From Squalus acanthias (Eukaryota): a DNA stretch of 64,000 nucleotides. Shown piece after piece: positions 39,701-53,539 of this stretch. Every line of letters starts with the position of its first letter. Position 1 is the stretch's first letter. Where the stretch lies: assembly GCA_030390025.1 (NCBI GenBank), contig JASTWF010000034.1, positions 4,464,001 to 4,528,000 on the forward strand, in the 5' to 3' direction. Both the position numbers and the translations under genes were made by a program. A model generated the notes under the pieces. The model did no database searches. It saw nothing but the letters and a program-made list of their open reading frames with translations, and was not told the origin of the DNA.

Positions 39701-42700
39701 AAATGAACAATTAACTGTATCTTTATTCCCCGGTTTAGAGGGTATAATGTAAAATTAGCAATTAACTGTAACATTATTCCCCAGCATAGAGGGTATCATG
39801 TCAAATTAACAATGAATTGTTACTTTATTCCCTGGTGTTGAGTTTATCATGTCAAATTAATAATTAACTGTAACATTATTCCCCGGTGTTGAGGGAATCA
39901 TATCTAAATTAAGAATTGAGTGTTCATTTATTCCCTGGTGAAGAGGATATCATGTCAATTTAACAAGTACCGGTAATTTTTTACCCCGGTGTAGCGGGTA
40001 TCATATCAAATTAAAAATTAACTGTGACTTTTCTACCCGGTGTAGAGGGTATCATGTCAAATTAACAATCAGCTGTAACTTTATTCCCAGGTGTAGAGTG
40101 TGACATGTCCATTTAACAATTAACTGTAACATTATTCACCGGTGTAGAGGGTATCATGTCTAAATTAAAAATTAACTTTTACTTTATTCTCTGGTGTAGA
40201 GGATGTAATATCTAAATCAACACGCTTACAGTAACTTTACTCCACAGTGTAGAGGGTATCATGTCAAATTAACAACTGACGGTAACTATATTCCCCGGTT
40301 TAGAGGGAAACATGTCTAAATTAACAATTACCTGTAACTTTATTACCCGGTGTAGAGGATATCATTTCAAATTCACAAGTGACTGTACATTTATTCCCCA
40401 GTGTAGAGGTTATCATTTCAAAAAGACAATTGACTGTAATTATATTCCCCGGTGTATTGAGTATCAGGTCTAAATTAACAATTAACTTTAACTTTATTCC
40501 CCGGTGTAGAGGGCATCATGTCAAATTAACAATGAACTGTAAATTTATTCTCTCGTGTAGAGGGTATCATATCAAAATTAACAATAAACTGTAACTTTTT
40601 TCTACAGTGTAGAGGATATCATGTCAAATTCAAAATTAACTGTAACTTTATTCTCTGGTGTACAGGATATCATGTCTAAATTAACAATAAACTGTGACTT
40701 TATTCCACAGTGTAGAGGGTATCATGACTAAATTAGCAATTAACTGTTACTTTATTCACCGGTTTGGAGGGCATCATGTCTAAATTAACAGTTAAATGTA
40801 GCGTATTCCCCGGTGTGTGGGGAATCATGTCTAACTTAAAAATAAACTGTAATTTTATTCACTGATGTAGAGGGTATCATGTCAAATTAACAAATTAACT
40901 GTAACGTTATTCTCCGGTCTAGAGGGAATCATGCCTAAATTAACAATTAACTGTAACTTTATTCCCTGGTGTAGAGTGCATCATGTCAAATTAACAATTA
41001 ACTTTAACTTTATTCGCCGGTTTAGAGGGAATCATGTCAAATTAACATTTAACTGAAAATGTATTCCCCGGTGTATAGGATATCATGTCAAATAAAAAAT
41101 TGACTGTAACTTTATTCCACAGTGTAGAGGGTGTCATGTCAAATTAAACATTTACTGTCAATTTATTCCCCGGGGTAGAGGGTATCATGTCAAATTAAAA
41201 ATTAAATGTAACTTTATTTCCCGGTGCAGAGAGCATCATGTAAAATTATCAATTAACTGTAACTTTATTCGCTGGTGTACAGGTTATTATATCTACATTA
41301 CCAATTAATTGTAACTTGTTTCCCTGGTGCAGAGGATATCATGTCAAATTAACAATGAACTGTAACTTCATTCCTCGGTGTAAAGGATATCATGTCAATT
41401 TAACAATTAACTGTAACTTTATTCTCTGGTGTACAGGATATAATGTCAAATTAAAAATTAATTGTAAATTTATTCTCTGGTGTATCAGATATCATGTGAA
41501 ATTAAAAATTAACTGTAACTTTATTCTCTGGTGTAGAGGATATCATGTCAAACTAAAAGGTAAATGTAACTTTATTCTCTTGTGCAGAGGATATCATGTC
41601 TACATTAACCATTAACTGTTACTTTATTCCACAGTGTAGAGGGTAGCATGTCTAAATTAACAATAAACTGTAACACAATTCCCCGGTGTGGAGGTTAACA
41701 TCTCTCAATTAACAATTAACTGTTACTTTATTCCCTGGTGTAGAGTGTATCATCTCAAATTAATAATTAACTCTTACTTTATTCCCCTCTCTAGAGGGAA
41801 TCATGTCTTAATTAACATTTCACAGCAATTTTATTACACGGTGCAGAGGGCATCATGTCAAATTAACTTTTAACTGTAACTTTATTCCCCGGTGCAGAGG
41901 GAATCATGTCAAGTTAACATTTAACAGAAAATTTATTCAACAGTTTAGAGGGTATCATGACTAATTTATCAATTGACAGTTACTTTATTTCCCAGTGAAG
42001 TGGGTACAATGTCTAAATTAACAATGAACTGTAAGTTTATTACCTGGTGTAGATTGTATCATGTCAATTTAATAATTAATTGTAATTTTTATTCCCCGGT
42101 CTAGAGGGTATCAAGTAAAATTAGCAATTAACTGTAACATTATTCCCCGGCGTAGAGGGTAATATGTCGAAATTAAAAATTAACTGTAACTTTATTCCCC
42201 GGTGTAGAGGGAATCATGTCAAATTAACAATTAACTGTATCATTATTCCCCGGTGTAGAGGGTACAATTTCAAATGAACAATTCACTGTATCTTTATTCC
42301 CCGGTTTAGAGGGTATCATGTAAAATTACCAATTAACTGTAACATTATTCCCCGGGATAGAGGGTATCATGTCAAATTAAGAATGAATTGTAAATTTATT
42401 CCCTGGTGTAGAGTTTATCATGTCAAATTAATAATTAACTGTAACATTATTCCCCGGTGTTGAGGGAATCATATCTAAATTAAGAATTGACTGTTAATTT
42501 ATAACCCGGTGTAGAGGGCATCATGTCAAATTAATAATTAACTGTAACTTTATTCTCTGGTATAGAGGGTATCATGTCTAAATTAACAATTAACTGTAAC
42601 TTTTTTCCCCAGCGTAGATTATATCATGTTAAATTAACAATTAACTGTAACGATATTCCCCAGTGTAGAGGGTATCTTGACAGATTAACAATTAACTTTA

Positions 42701-45700
42701 GCTTTATTCCCTGGTGTTGAGGGCATCATGTCAAATTAACAATTAACTGTAACTTTATTCTTTGGCATAGAAGGTATCATGTCTAAATTAACAATTAACT
42801 GTAACGATATTCCCCGGTGTAGAGGACATCATGTCAAATTAACAATTATCTGTTACTTTAATCCACAGTTTAGTGTTTATCATGTCTATTTTAACTATTA
42901 ACTGTAAAATTATTCCCCGGTGTAGAGATATCATGTCTCAATTAACAATGAACTGTAACTTTATGCCCTGATGTAGTGGGAAACATGTCTAAATTAACAA
43001 TTAACTTTAACTATATTCCCCGGTATAGTGGGAAACATGTCTAAATTAACAATGAACTGTAACTTCATTCCCCGGTGTAAAGGATATCATGTCAATTTAG
43101 CAATTAACTGTAACTTTATTCTCTGGTGTACAGGATATAATGTCAAACTGAAAAATAATTGTAAATTTATTCTCTGGTGTAGCGGATATCATGAGAAATT
43201 AAAAATTATCTGTAACTTTATTCTCTGGTGTAGAGGATGAAATGTCAAACTAAAATTTAAATGTAACTTTATTCTCTTGTGTAGAGGTGATCATGTTTGC
43301 ATTAACAATTAACTGTTACTTTATTCCACAGTGTAGAGGGTATCATGTCTAAATTAACAATAAGCTGTAACACAATTCCCTGGTGTTGAGGTTAACATCT
43401 CTCAATTAACAATTAACTGTTACTTTATTCCCTGGTGTAGAGTGTATCATTTCAAAATAATAATTAACTCTTACTTTATTCCCCTGTCTGGAGGGCATCA
43501 TGTCTAAATTAAAATTTTAATTGCAACTTTATTACACGTTGCAGAGGGCATCATGTCAAATTAACATTTAACTGTAACTTTACTCCCCGGTGCAGAGGGA
43601 ATCATGTCAAGTTAACATTTAATAGACAATTTATTCTCCGGTTTAGAGGGTATCATGACTAATTTATCATTTGACTGTTACTTTATTTCCCAGTGAAGTG
43701 CGTACAATGTCTAAATTAACAATGAACTGTAAGTGTATTACCTCGTGTAGATTGTATCATGTCAATTTAATAATTAATTGTAATTTTTATTCCCCGGTCT
43801 AGAGGGTATCATGTAAAATTAGCAATTAACTGTAACATTATTCCCCGGCATAGAGGGTATCATGTCAAATTAACAATGAATTGTAACTTTATTCCCTGGT
43901 GTAGAGTTTATCATGTCAAATTAATAATTAACTGTAACATTATTCCCCGGTGTTGAGGGAATCATATCTAAATTAAGAATCGACTGTTAATTTATAACCC
44001 GGTGCAGAGGGCATCATGTCAAATTAATAATTATCCTTAACTTTATTCCCCAGTGTCGAGGATATCATTTCAAATTAACGATTAACTGTAACTTTCTTCC
44101 CTGGTGAAGAGGATATCATGTCAATTTAACAATTAACTGTGACTTTTCTACCCGGTGTAAAGGGCATGATGTCAAATTAACAATCAGCTGTAACTTTATT
44201 CCAAGGTGTAGAGTGTGACATGTCCATTTAACAATTAACTGTAACATTATTCACCGCTGTAGAGGGTATCATGTCTGAATTAAAAATTAACTTTTACTTT
44301 ATTCTCTGGTGTAGAGGATGTAATATCTAAATTAACACGCCTACAGTAACTTTACTCCACAGTGTAGAGGGTATCATGTCAAATTAACAACTGACGATAA
44401 CTATATTCCCCGGTTTAGAGGGCATCAGGTCCAAATTAACAATTAACTGTAACTTTATTACCCGGTGTAGAGGGTATCATTTCAAATTCACAATTGACTG
44501 TATATTTATTCCCCAGTGTAGCGGTTATCATTTCAAAAAAATAAATGACTGTAATTATATTCCCCGGTGTATTGAGTATCAGGTTTAAATTAACAATTAA
44601 CTGGATCTTTTTTCCCCGGTGTACAGGATATCATGTCAAATTAACAATGAACTGTAACTTCATTCCCCGGTGTAAAGGATATCATGTCAAATTAACAATG
44701 AACTGTAACTTCATTCCCCGGTGTAAAGGATATCATGTCAAATTAACAATGAACTATAACTTCATTCCCCGGTGTACAGGATACAAAGTCAAATTAAAAA
44801 ATAATTGTAAATTTATTCTCTGGTGTAGCGGATATCATGTGAAATTCCCCGGTGTGGAGGTTAACATCTCTCAATTAACAATTAACTGTTACTTTATTCC
44901 CTGGTGTGTAGTGTATATTCTCAAATTAATAATTAACTCTTATTTCATTCCCCTGTCTAGAGAGAATCATGTCTAAATTAACATTTAACTGCAACTTTAT
45001 TATAAAGTGAAGTGGGTACAATGTCTAAATTAACAAAGAATTGTAAGTTTAACACCTGGTGTAGATTGTATCATGTCAATTTAATAATTAATTGTAATTT
45101 TTATTCCCCGGTCTAGAGGGTATCAAGTAAAATTAGCAATTAACTGTAACATTATTCCCCGGCGTAGAGGGTATCATGTCTAAATTAACAATTTACTGTA
45201 ACTTTATTCCCCGATTTAGAGGGAATCATGTCAAATTAACATTTAACTTAAACTTTATTCCTTGGTATAGAGTGAATCATGTCTAAATTAACAATTAACT
45301 GTAACATTATTCCCCGGTGTAGAGGGTTCAATTTCAAATGAACAAGTCACTGTATCTTTATTCCCCGGTTTAGAGGGTATCATGTAAAATTAGCAATTAA
45401 CTGTAACATTATTTCCCGGTGTTGAGGGAATCATATCTAAATTAAGAATCGACTGTTAATTTATAACCCGATGTAGAGGGCACCATGTCAAATTAATAAT
45501 TATCCTTAACTTTATTCCCCAGTGTAGAGGATATCATGTCAAATTAATGATTAACTGTAGCTATATTCCCTGGTGAAGAGGATATCATGTCAATTTAACA
45601 AGTACCGGTAATTTTTTCCCCGGTGTAGCGGGTATCATATCAAATTAACAATTAACTGTGACTTTTCTACCCGGTGCAGAGGGTATCATGTCAAATTCAC

Positions 45701-48700
45701 AATCAGCTGTAACTTTATTCCCAGGTGTAGAGTGTGACATGTCCATTTAAGAATTAACTGTAACATTATTCACCGGTGTAGAGGGTATCATGTCTAAATT
45801 AAAAATTAACTTTTACTTTATTCTCCGGTGTTGAGGATGTAATATCTAAATTAACACGCTTACAGTAACTTTACTCCACAGTGTAGAGTGTATCATGTCA
45901 AATTAACAACTGACAGTAACTATATTCCCCGGGTAAGAGGGCATCAGGTCTAAATTAACAATTAACTGGATCTTTATTACCCGGTGTAGAGGGTATCATT
46001 TCAAATTCACAATTGACTGTATATTTATTCACCAGTGTAGAGGTTATCATTTCAAAAAAACAATTGACTGTAATTATATTCCCCGGTGTATTGAGTATCA
46101 GGTCTAAATTAACAATTAACTTTAACTTCATTCCCCGGTGCAGAGGGCATCATGTCAAATTAACAATTAACTGTAAATTTATTCTCCCGTGTAGAGCGTA
46201 TCATATCAAATTTAACAATAAACTGTAACTTTTTTCCACAGCGTAGAGGATATAATGTCAAATTAAAAATTAACTGTAACTTTATTCTCTGGTGTAGAGG
46301 ACATCATGTCTAAACTAACAATAAACTGTGACTTTATTCCACAGTGTAGAGGGAATCATGAATAAATTAGCAATTAACTGTAACTTTATTCACCGGTTTG
46401 GAGGGCATCATGTCTAAATTAACAGTTAAATGTAGCTTATTCCCCGGTGTGTGGCGAATAATGTCTAAATTAAAAATAAGCTTTAACTTTATTCCCTGGT
46501 GTGGAGGGTATCATGTCAAGTTAACAAATTAACTGTAATGTAATTCTCCGGTCTAGAGGCAATCAAGCATAAATTAACAATTAACTGTAACTTTATTCCC
46601 TGGTGTAGAGTGCATCATGTCAAATTAACAATTAACTTTAACTTTATTCGCCGGTTTAGAGGGAATCATGTCAAATTAACATTTAACTGAAACTGTATTC
46701 CCCGGTGCAGAGGGTATCATGTCAAATTAACAATTGACTGTAACTTTATTCCACAGTGTAGAGGGTGTCATGTCAAATTAACAATTAACTGTAAATTTAT
46801 TCCCCGGAGTAGAGGTTATCATGTCAAATAAAAAATTAAATGTAACTTCATTGCCTGGTGTAGAGGGCATCATGTAAAATTCACAATTAACTGTAACTTT
46901 ATTCGCTGGTGTACAGGTTGTTATGTCTAAATTAACAATTAATTGTAACTTGATTCCCTGGTGCAGAGGATATCTTGTCAAATTAACAATTAACTGGATC
47001 TTTTTTCCCCGGTGTAGAGGATATCATGTCAAATTAACGATGAACTGTAACTTGATTCCCCGGTGTAAAGGATACCATGTCAATTTAACAAGTAACTGTC
47101 ACTTTATTCTCTGGTTTACAGGATATAATGCCAAATTTAAAAATATTGTAAATGTATTCTCTGGTGTAGCGGATATCATGTGAAATTAAAAATTAGCTGT
47201 AACTTTATTCTCTGGTGTAGAGGATATCATGTCAAACTAAAAATTAAATGTAAATTTTTCTCTTGTGTAGAGGATATCATGTCTACATTAACAATTAACT
47301 GTTACTTTATTCCACAGTGTAGAGGGTAGCATGTCTAAATTAACAATAAACTGTAACACAATTCCCCGGTGTGGAGGTTAACATCTCTCAATTAACAATT
47401 AACTTTTACTTTATTCTTCGGTTTGGAGGGCATCATGTCTAAATTAAAAATTAACCGTAACTTTATTCCCTGGTGTAGAGTGCATCATGTCAATTTAAAA
47501 ATTAACTCTAACTTTATTCCCTGGTGTAGAGGGCATCATGTCTAAATTAAAAATTAACTGTAACTTTATTCCCTGGTGTAGAGGGTATCATGTCTAAATT
47601 AACAATTGACTATAACTTTATTCCCCGGTGTAGAGTACATCATGTCAATTTAAAAATTAACTGTAACTTTATTCCGAGGTGCGCAGCGCATCATGTCTAA
47701 ATTAACAATTAACTGCAACTTTATTCCTCGGTGTGGAAGGAATCATATCTAAATTAACAATTAACTGTACCTTCATTCCCTGGTGTAGAGTGCATCATGT
47801 CTACATAAACAATTAACAAGAACTTTCTTACCCGGTGTAGAGGGAATCCGGTTTAAATTAACAATTAACTGTAACTTTATTCCACGGTGTAGAGTGCATC
47901 ATGTCAATTTATTAATTAACTGCAACTTTATTCCTCGGTGTGGAGGGTATCAGGTCTAAATTATCAATTAATTGTAATTTTATTCCCTGGTGTAGAGTGC
48001 ATCATGTCTAAATTAACAATGAACTGTAACTTTATTCCTCGGTTTGGAGGGCATCATGTCTAAATTAATAATTAACTGTAACTTTATTCCTCGGTTTGGA
48101 GGGCATCATATCTAAATTAACAATTAACAAGAACTTTATTCCTCGGTTTGGAGTGCATCATGTCTAAATTAACTATTAACAGGAACTTTTTTCCCCGGTG
48201 CAGAGAGAATCATGCCTAAATTAACAATTAACTGTAGCTTTAATCCCAGGTGTAGAGTGCATCATGTCAAATTAACATTAAACTGAATCTGTATTCGCCG
48301 GTGTATAGGTTATCATGTCTAAATTAAAAATTGTCTGTTACTTTATTCCCCGGTGCATAGATTATCATGTCAAATTAACAATTAACTTTTACTTTATTCC
48401 CCGGTGTAGAGCTCATCATCTAAAATTAACAATTAACTGTAAATTTCCTCCCCGGTGTAGAGGGTATCATGTCTAAATTAATAATTAATGGTAACTTTTT
48501 CCCCAGTGTAGAGGATATCTTGTCAAATTAACAGTTAACTGTAACTTTTTTTTGCTGGTGTAGAGGATATCACGTCCATTTGACAAATAACGTTAAAATT
48601 TTTCCCGGGTGGAGAGGATATCATGTCAAATTTAAAATTAACTATAACTTTATTCTCTGGTGTTCATAATATTATGTCTAAATTAACAACTAACTGTAAC

Positions 48701-51700
48701 TTTATTCCCCGGTGTAGAGTGTGTCATGTCAAATTAACAATGAAATGTAACTTTATTCCCCGGTGTAGAGGCAATCATGTCAAATTAAAATTTAGCTGAA
48801 ACTTTATACCCCGGTAGAGGGTATCTTGTCTAAATTAAGAATTGATTGTAACATTATTCCCCAGCGTAGAGGGCTGCATTTCAAATTAACAATGAACTGT
48901 AACTTTATTCTGTGGTGTAGAGGATATCATGTCAAATTAAAAATGAACTGTAACTTTATTCACTGGTGTAGAGGATATCATATCTAAATTAACAATTAAC
49001 TGTAATTTTATTCCACAGTGTAGAAGGTATCATGTCTAAATTAACAATTTACTGTAACTTTATTCCCCGGTTTGGAGGGCATCATCTCTAAATTAACAAT
49101 TAACTGTAACTTTATTCCCTGGTGTAGAGGGAATCCGATCTAAATTAACAATTAACTGTAACTTTATTCCTCGGTGTGGAGGGAATCATGTCTAAATTAA
49201 CAAATAATTGTAACTATTCCTCGGTTTGGAGGGCATCATGTCTAAATTAACAATTAACAGGAACTTTATTCCCCGGTGTAGAGGGAATCCGGTCTAAATT
49301 AACAATTAACTGTAACTTTAATCCCAGGTGTAGAGTGCATCATGTCAAATTAACATTAAACTGAAACTGTATTCCCCGGTGTATAGGTCATCATCTAAAA
49401 TTAATAATTAACTGTAAGATTATTCCCCGGTGTAGAGTGTATCATGTCAAATTAACAATTAACTGTAACTTTATTCCCTGGTGTAGAGGTTATCATGTCA
49501 AATTCAAAATTCATGGTAACTTTTTCACCGGTGTACATGATATCATGTCAAATGAACATTTAACTGTAACTTTATTCCCCGGTGCAGAGCGTATCTTGTC
49601 TAAATTAACAATTAAATGTAACTTTATACCCCGGTACAGTGGGTATCATCTCAAATTAACAATTGATCGTAACTTTATTCCCCAGTATAGAGGATTGCAT
49701 ATCAAATGAACAATTAATAGTAACATTATTCTCTTGTGTAGAGGATATCATGTCAAATCAAAAATGAACTGTAACTTTATTCACTGGTGTAGAGGATATC
49801 ATGTCTATGTTAACAATTAACTGTAATTTTATTCCACAGTTTAGAGGGCATCATGACTAAATTATCAATTTACTGTAACTTTATTCCCAGGTTTGGAGGG
49901 CTTCATGTCAACATTAACAATTAAATGTAACTTTATTCCCCGGTGCAGTGGGTATCATGTCAAATTAACAATTGAATGTAAGTTTATTCCGTGATGTATT
50001 GGGAATCATGTCTAAAGTAACAATTATCTGTAAATGTATTCCCTGGTCTAGAGTGTTTCATGTCTAAATTAACAATTAACTGTAACTTTTTTCCACAGTG
50101 TAGAGGGTATCATGTCAAATTAACTGCAACTTTATTCCGTGGTGTAGACTGCACGATGACAAATTTACAATCAACTTTATATTTATTCCCCGGTGTAGAG
50201 GGCATCATGTAAAATTAACAATTAACTGTCACTTTTTCCCCAGTGTAGAGGATATCGTGGCTAAATTAACAATGAACTGTAACTTTATTCCCTGGTGTAG
50301 AGGGCATCGTGTCAAATTAATAATTAACTGTAACTTAATTCCCGGTGTAGAGGGCATCATGTCTAAATTCACAATTAACTGGAACTTTTTTCCCCGCTGT
50401 AGCGGGTATCATGTCAAATTAAATATTCACAGTTGCTTTATTCCTCAGTGTAGATTGTATCATGTCAAATTAAAACATAACTGTAACTTTGTTCCACAGT
50501 GTAAAGGTTATCATGTTAAATTAACAATTAACTAACTTTATACTCCAGTGTAGAGGATATCTTGCCAAATTAACAATTAACTGTTATTTTATTCCCTGGT
50601 GGAAAGGGTATCAAGTCAAATTAACAGTTAACTGTTGCTTTATTCACTGGTGTAGACGGTATCATGTCAAATTAACAATTAACTGTAACTTTATTCCCCG
50701 ATGTAGAGGGTGTCCTGTCAAATTAACAACTAACTGTAACTTCATTCCCTGGTGTAGAGGGCATCATGTCTAAATTAACAATTAACTGCAAATTTATTCC
50801 CCGCTGTAAAGGGTATCATGTCAAGTTAAAAATTCACTGTAACTTTATTTCCTGGTGAAGAGGGTATCATGTCAAATTAACAATTAACTGTAAATTTATT
50901 CCTCGGTGCAGGGGAAATCTTGTCAAATTAACAATTTAGTGTTATTTTATTCCCTGGTGTAGATTGTATCATGTTAAGTTAACAATTAACTGTAACTTTA
51001 TTCCCCGGTGTAGAGGGTATCATGTCAAACAAAAAAATAATTGTAGCTTTATATCCCGATGTAGAGGGTGTCATGTCTAACAAACAAATAACTGCAACTT
51101 TATTCCACAGTGTAAGGGGTATCATGTTATATTAACAAATAACTGTAACTTTATTCCCTGGTGTAGAGGGTGTAATGTCAAATTAACAATTAACTGTTAC
51201 TTTAGTCCATGGTTTAGAGGGTATCATTTCAAATTAACAATAAACTGTAACTTTATTCCCTTGTGTCGAGGGCATCATATCTAAATTAACAATTAACTGC
51301 CAATTTATTCCCCGGTGTAGCGGGTATAATGTCTGAATTAGCAATTAACTGTAACTTTATTCCCAGTGTAGAGAGCATCATGTCAAATTGACAATTAACT
51401 TTTACTTTCTTCTCTGGTGTAGAGGGTATCATATCAAATTTACAGTAAACTGTACCTTCATTCTCCAGTGCAGAGGGCATCATGTCTAAATTAACAATTA
51501 ACTTTAACTTTATTACCTGCTGTAGAGGTCATTTTGTCGAAATTAGCAATTAACTGAAACTTTATTCCCCGGTGTTGAGGGTATCATCTCAAATTAAAAA
51601 TTCACGGTAAATTTATTCCCAGGTGTACAGGGTATCATGTCAAATTAACAATTTAATGTAACTTTATTCCTCGGTGTAGAGGGTAAACTGTTTAATTAAC

Positions 51701-51725
51701 TATTAACTGTAACTTTATTCCACAG

Positions 51726-52194
51726 TGTGGAGATGCCGGTGTTGGACTGGGGTGGACAAATGTGAGAAGTCGCACAAGCAGGTTATAATCCAACAGCTTT
51801 ATTTGAAATCACAAGCATTCGGAGCGCTGCTCCTTCGACTGGTGAAGTGAAGAGATGCATATAGGCACAGCATATATAGTCAGAGAACACTGCCAGGTGA
51901 TTACAGTTAATCTTTCCAACTGCCCTTTATCACACCTCGGCAGAGAGATAATCACGGCAATCAAAGGTGTGGATGGTGTCCGAACAGGTCTGCCAGGAAA
52001 ACATTATATCAAAGACAATGAGGTGGGGTCACAAGAGGTCAAATGTGGCAGATGCTGGGGTCTCTGTGTAAAACAAAAAACTTTTTTTGCTGGAAATCAC
52101 AGCAGGTCCGGCCGCATCTGTGTAGAGAGAACAAGCCAACGACGACTCGAGTCTGGATGACTCTACATCAGGTGGTGTCACATGTAGCGTGACA
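51726..52194 (-). mobile_element. Penelope-like element 3' portion (ORF end, 3' region and degenerate hammerhead)
   Basis: Reverse strand ends an ORF as ...SRYM*. It carries cagtcga-aggagcagcgctcc-gaat (decayed CTGANGA/GAAA) and the same terminus as 5398-5497. Confidence 0.7.
52034..52169 (-). mobile_element. Short hammerhead-type element nested in the Penelope fragment
   Basis: TSD aggtgg(g/t)gtcaca at 52021-52033 and 52170-52182. Reverse strand reads ctgatgt-agagtcatccagactc-gag...ctctacacagatgcggccggacctgctg. Confidence 0.7.
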
Positions 52195-52614
52195 CTGTAA
52201 AGGGAATCATGTGAAATTTTCAATTAACTCCAACTTTATTCCCCAGTGCAGAGGTTATCTTGTCAAATTCAAAATTAACTGTTGCTTTAGTCCTCGGTGT
52301 TGAGGGTATCATGTCTAAATTAACAATTAACTGTAACTTTAGTCCTAGGTGTAGAGGGTATCATGTCAAATTAACAATTAGCTGTAATTTTATTTCCCGG
52401 TGTAGAGGGCATCATGTCCAAACTAACAATTAACTGGTAATTTATTCCCCGGTGTAGAGGGTATCATGACAAATTAACAATTAACTGTAATTTTATTCAT
52501 CGGTGTAGATCGAATTATGTCAAATTAACAATTAATTGTAACTTTATTCCCCGGTGTAGAGGGCATCATGTCAAACTAACATCAACTGTAACTTTACTCC
52601 CCGTCGCAGAGAGT

Positions 52615-53302
52615 TGTAAGCATTTTATTTCGACTGGCATTTAATTGACTGCAAGACCAATTCTTTTGAAACAATTTCGAATAAGTTAATTTAACACACA
52701 CACTCATGCACATCAGAAGAATAGCCTCCTTTTATTTATGGACTCTACTCGATTACAGCACGTAAGGTAATCCGTTAGATTTACAGAGACTTGTACTTCC
52801 CTGAATCAAGCAATGCACGCGGCCTTTTTCCTTGCTGCTTGGTCTGGTCTGTAGAGGGGGGGGGGGCTTCTTGTTTATCTGCGTGGCAATCCGTAGAGAG
52901 AGAGAGAGAGCCTTTGAGCTCCTTGTTTTATATATTTTTAAGTCAATTGTCTCTGGTCTAAATTGCTAAGACCCCAGGATTGGGTCTTAGTTTAATGGCA
53001 GTTCTTGATTGGCTTTCCTTTGAACATGTGTCTGTCTGCAGTGGCTGGTACCATTTCTTGCTTAAGTTAATTGTTTGTTGACACCGTTTAGTGGCTCTTG
53101 AGTTTCGATGGTGAGTTTCGATGGTGTCTCTGTAGGGGTTAGCCTGTTATGCAGGTTTCCTTTGTTATGTTTTGTGTCGTTGCCTTGAGCTCTGCTCACC
53201 CAGGGGAAATCATTACAAATCAAATTTATCTTTATTGCATACATCTTATATTAATAGTCTCGAGTCCATCACACATACAAAACATATATTTTTAATCTTA
53301 CA
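52615..53302 (-). mobile_element. 3' LTR (688 bp) of a minus-strand LTR retroelement
   Basis: Terminal inverted repeat TGTAAG...CTTACA. A purine-rich tract (aaggcggggaa on the - strand) lies immediately upstream. TATA-like (~52930) and AATAAA (~52735) motifs are in the right order on the - strand. Confidence 0.85.
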
Positions 53303-53539
53303 GATTCCCCGCCTTGAGGGGGAAATAACCTTATTGACCCCTCATTTGATAATCTCCCCAGGGGTCGCATATCATAAGCATTGAGAGGGTTCTGAGCCAG
53401 GGGTGTTGTCCTACATTCTACATTGTTTCCCACAATGGGCTGGCACCTCTTTTAATGGATAGCTCTGCTGTTTATGGCATTGTTCAGTGTCATCTGTATC
53501 CGCATCATTGTCCTGTGGGAAACAAGATCAATGTAGTAT

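Larger units (their letters stand above)
17949..52614. repeat. 51/52-bp AT-rich satellite array (catgtc[t]aaattaacaattaactgtaactttattccccggtgtagagggtat), about 600 diverged monomers with higher-order duplications
   Basis: The monomer is visible throughout. The 17-aa periodicity of spurious ORFs matches 51 bp. Diagnostic variant monomers recur at kb-scale offsets. Confidence 0.98.

Noticed and set aside
19655..51483. Many Cys/His-rich ORFs (CNFIPRCRGYHVKLTIN repeats) suggesting a zinc-finger or repeat protein
   Set aside because: They are translations of the 51-bp monomer. Frequent 52-bp units shift the frame, stops are abundant, and the spacing does not fit C2H2 fingers.
17949..52614. CRISPR-like array
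   Set aside because: There are no unique spacers and no cas genes. The whole monomer is repeated, and the context is vertebrate.
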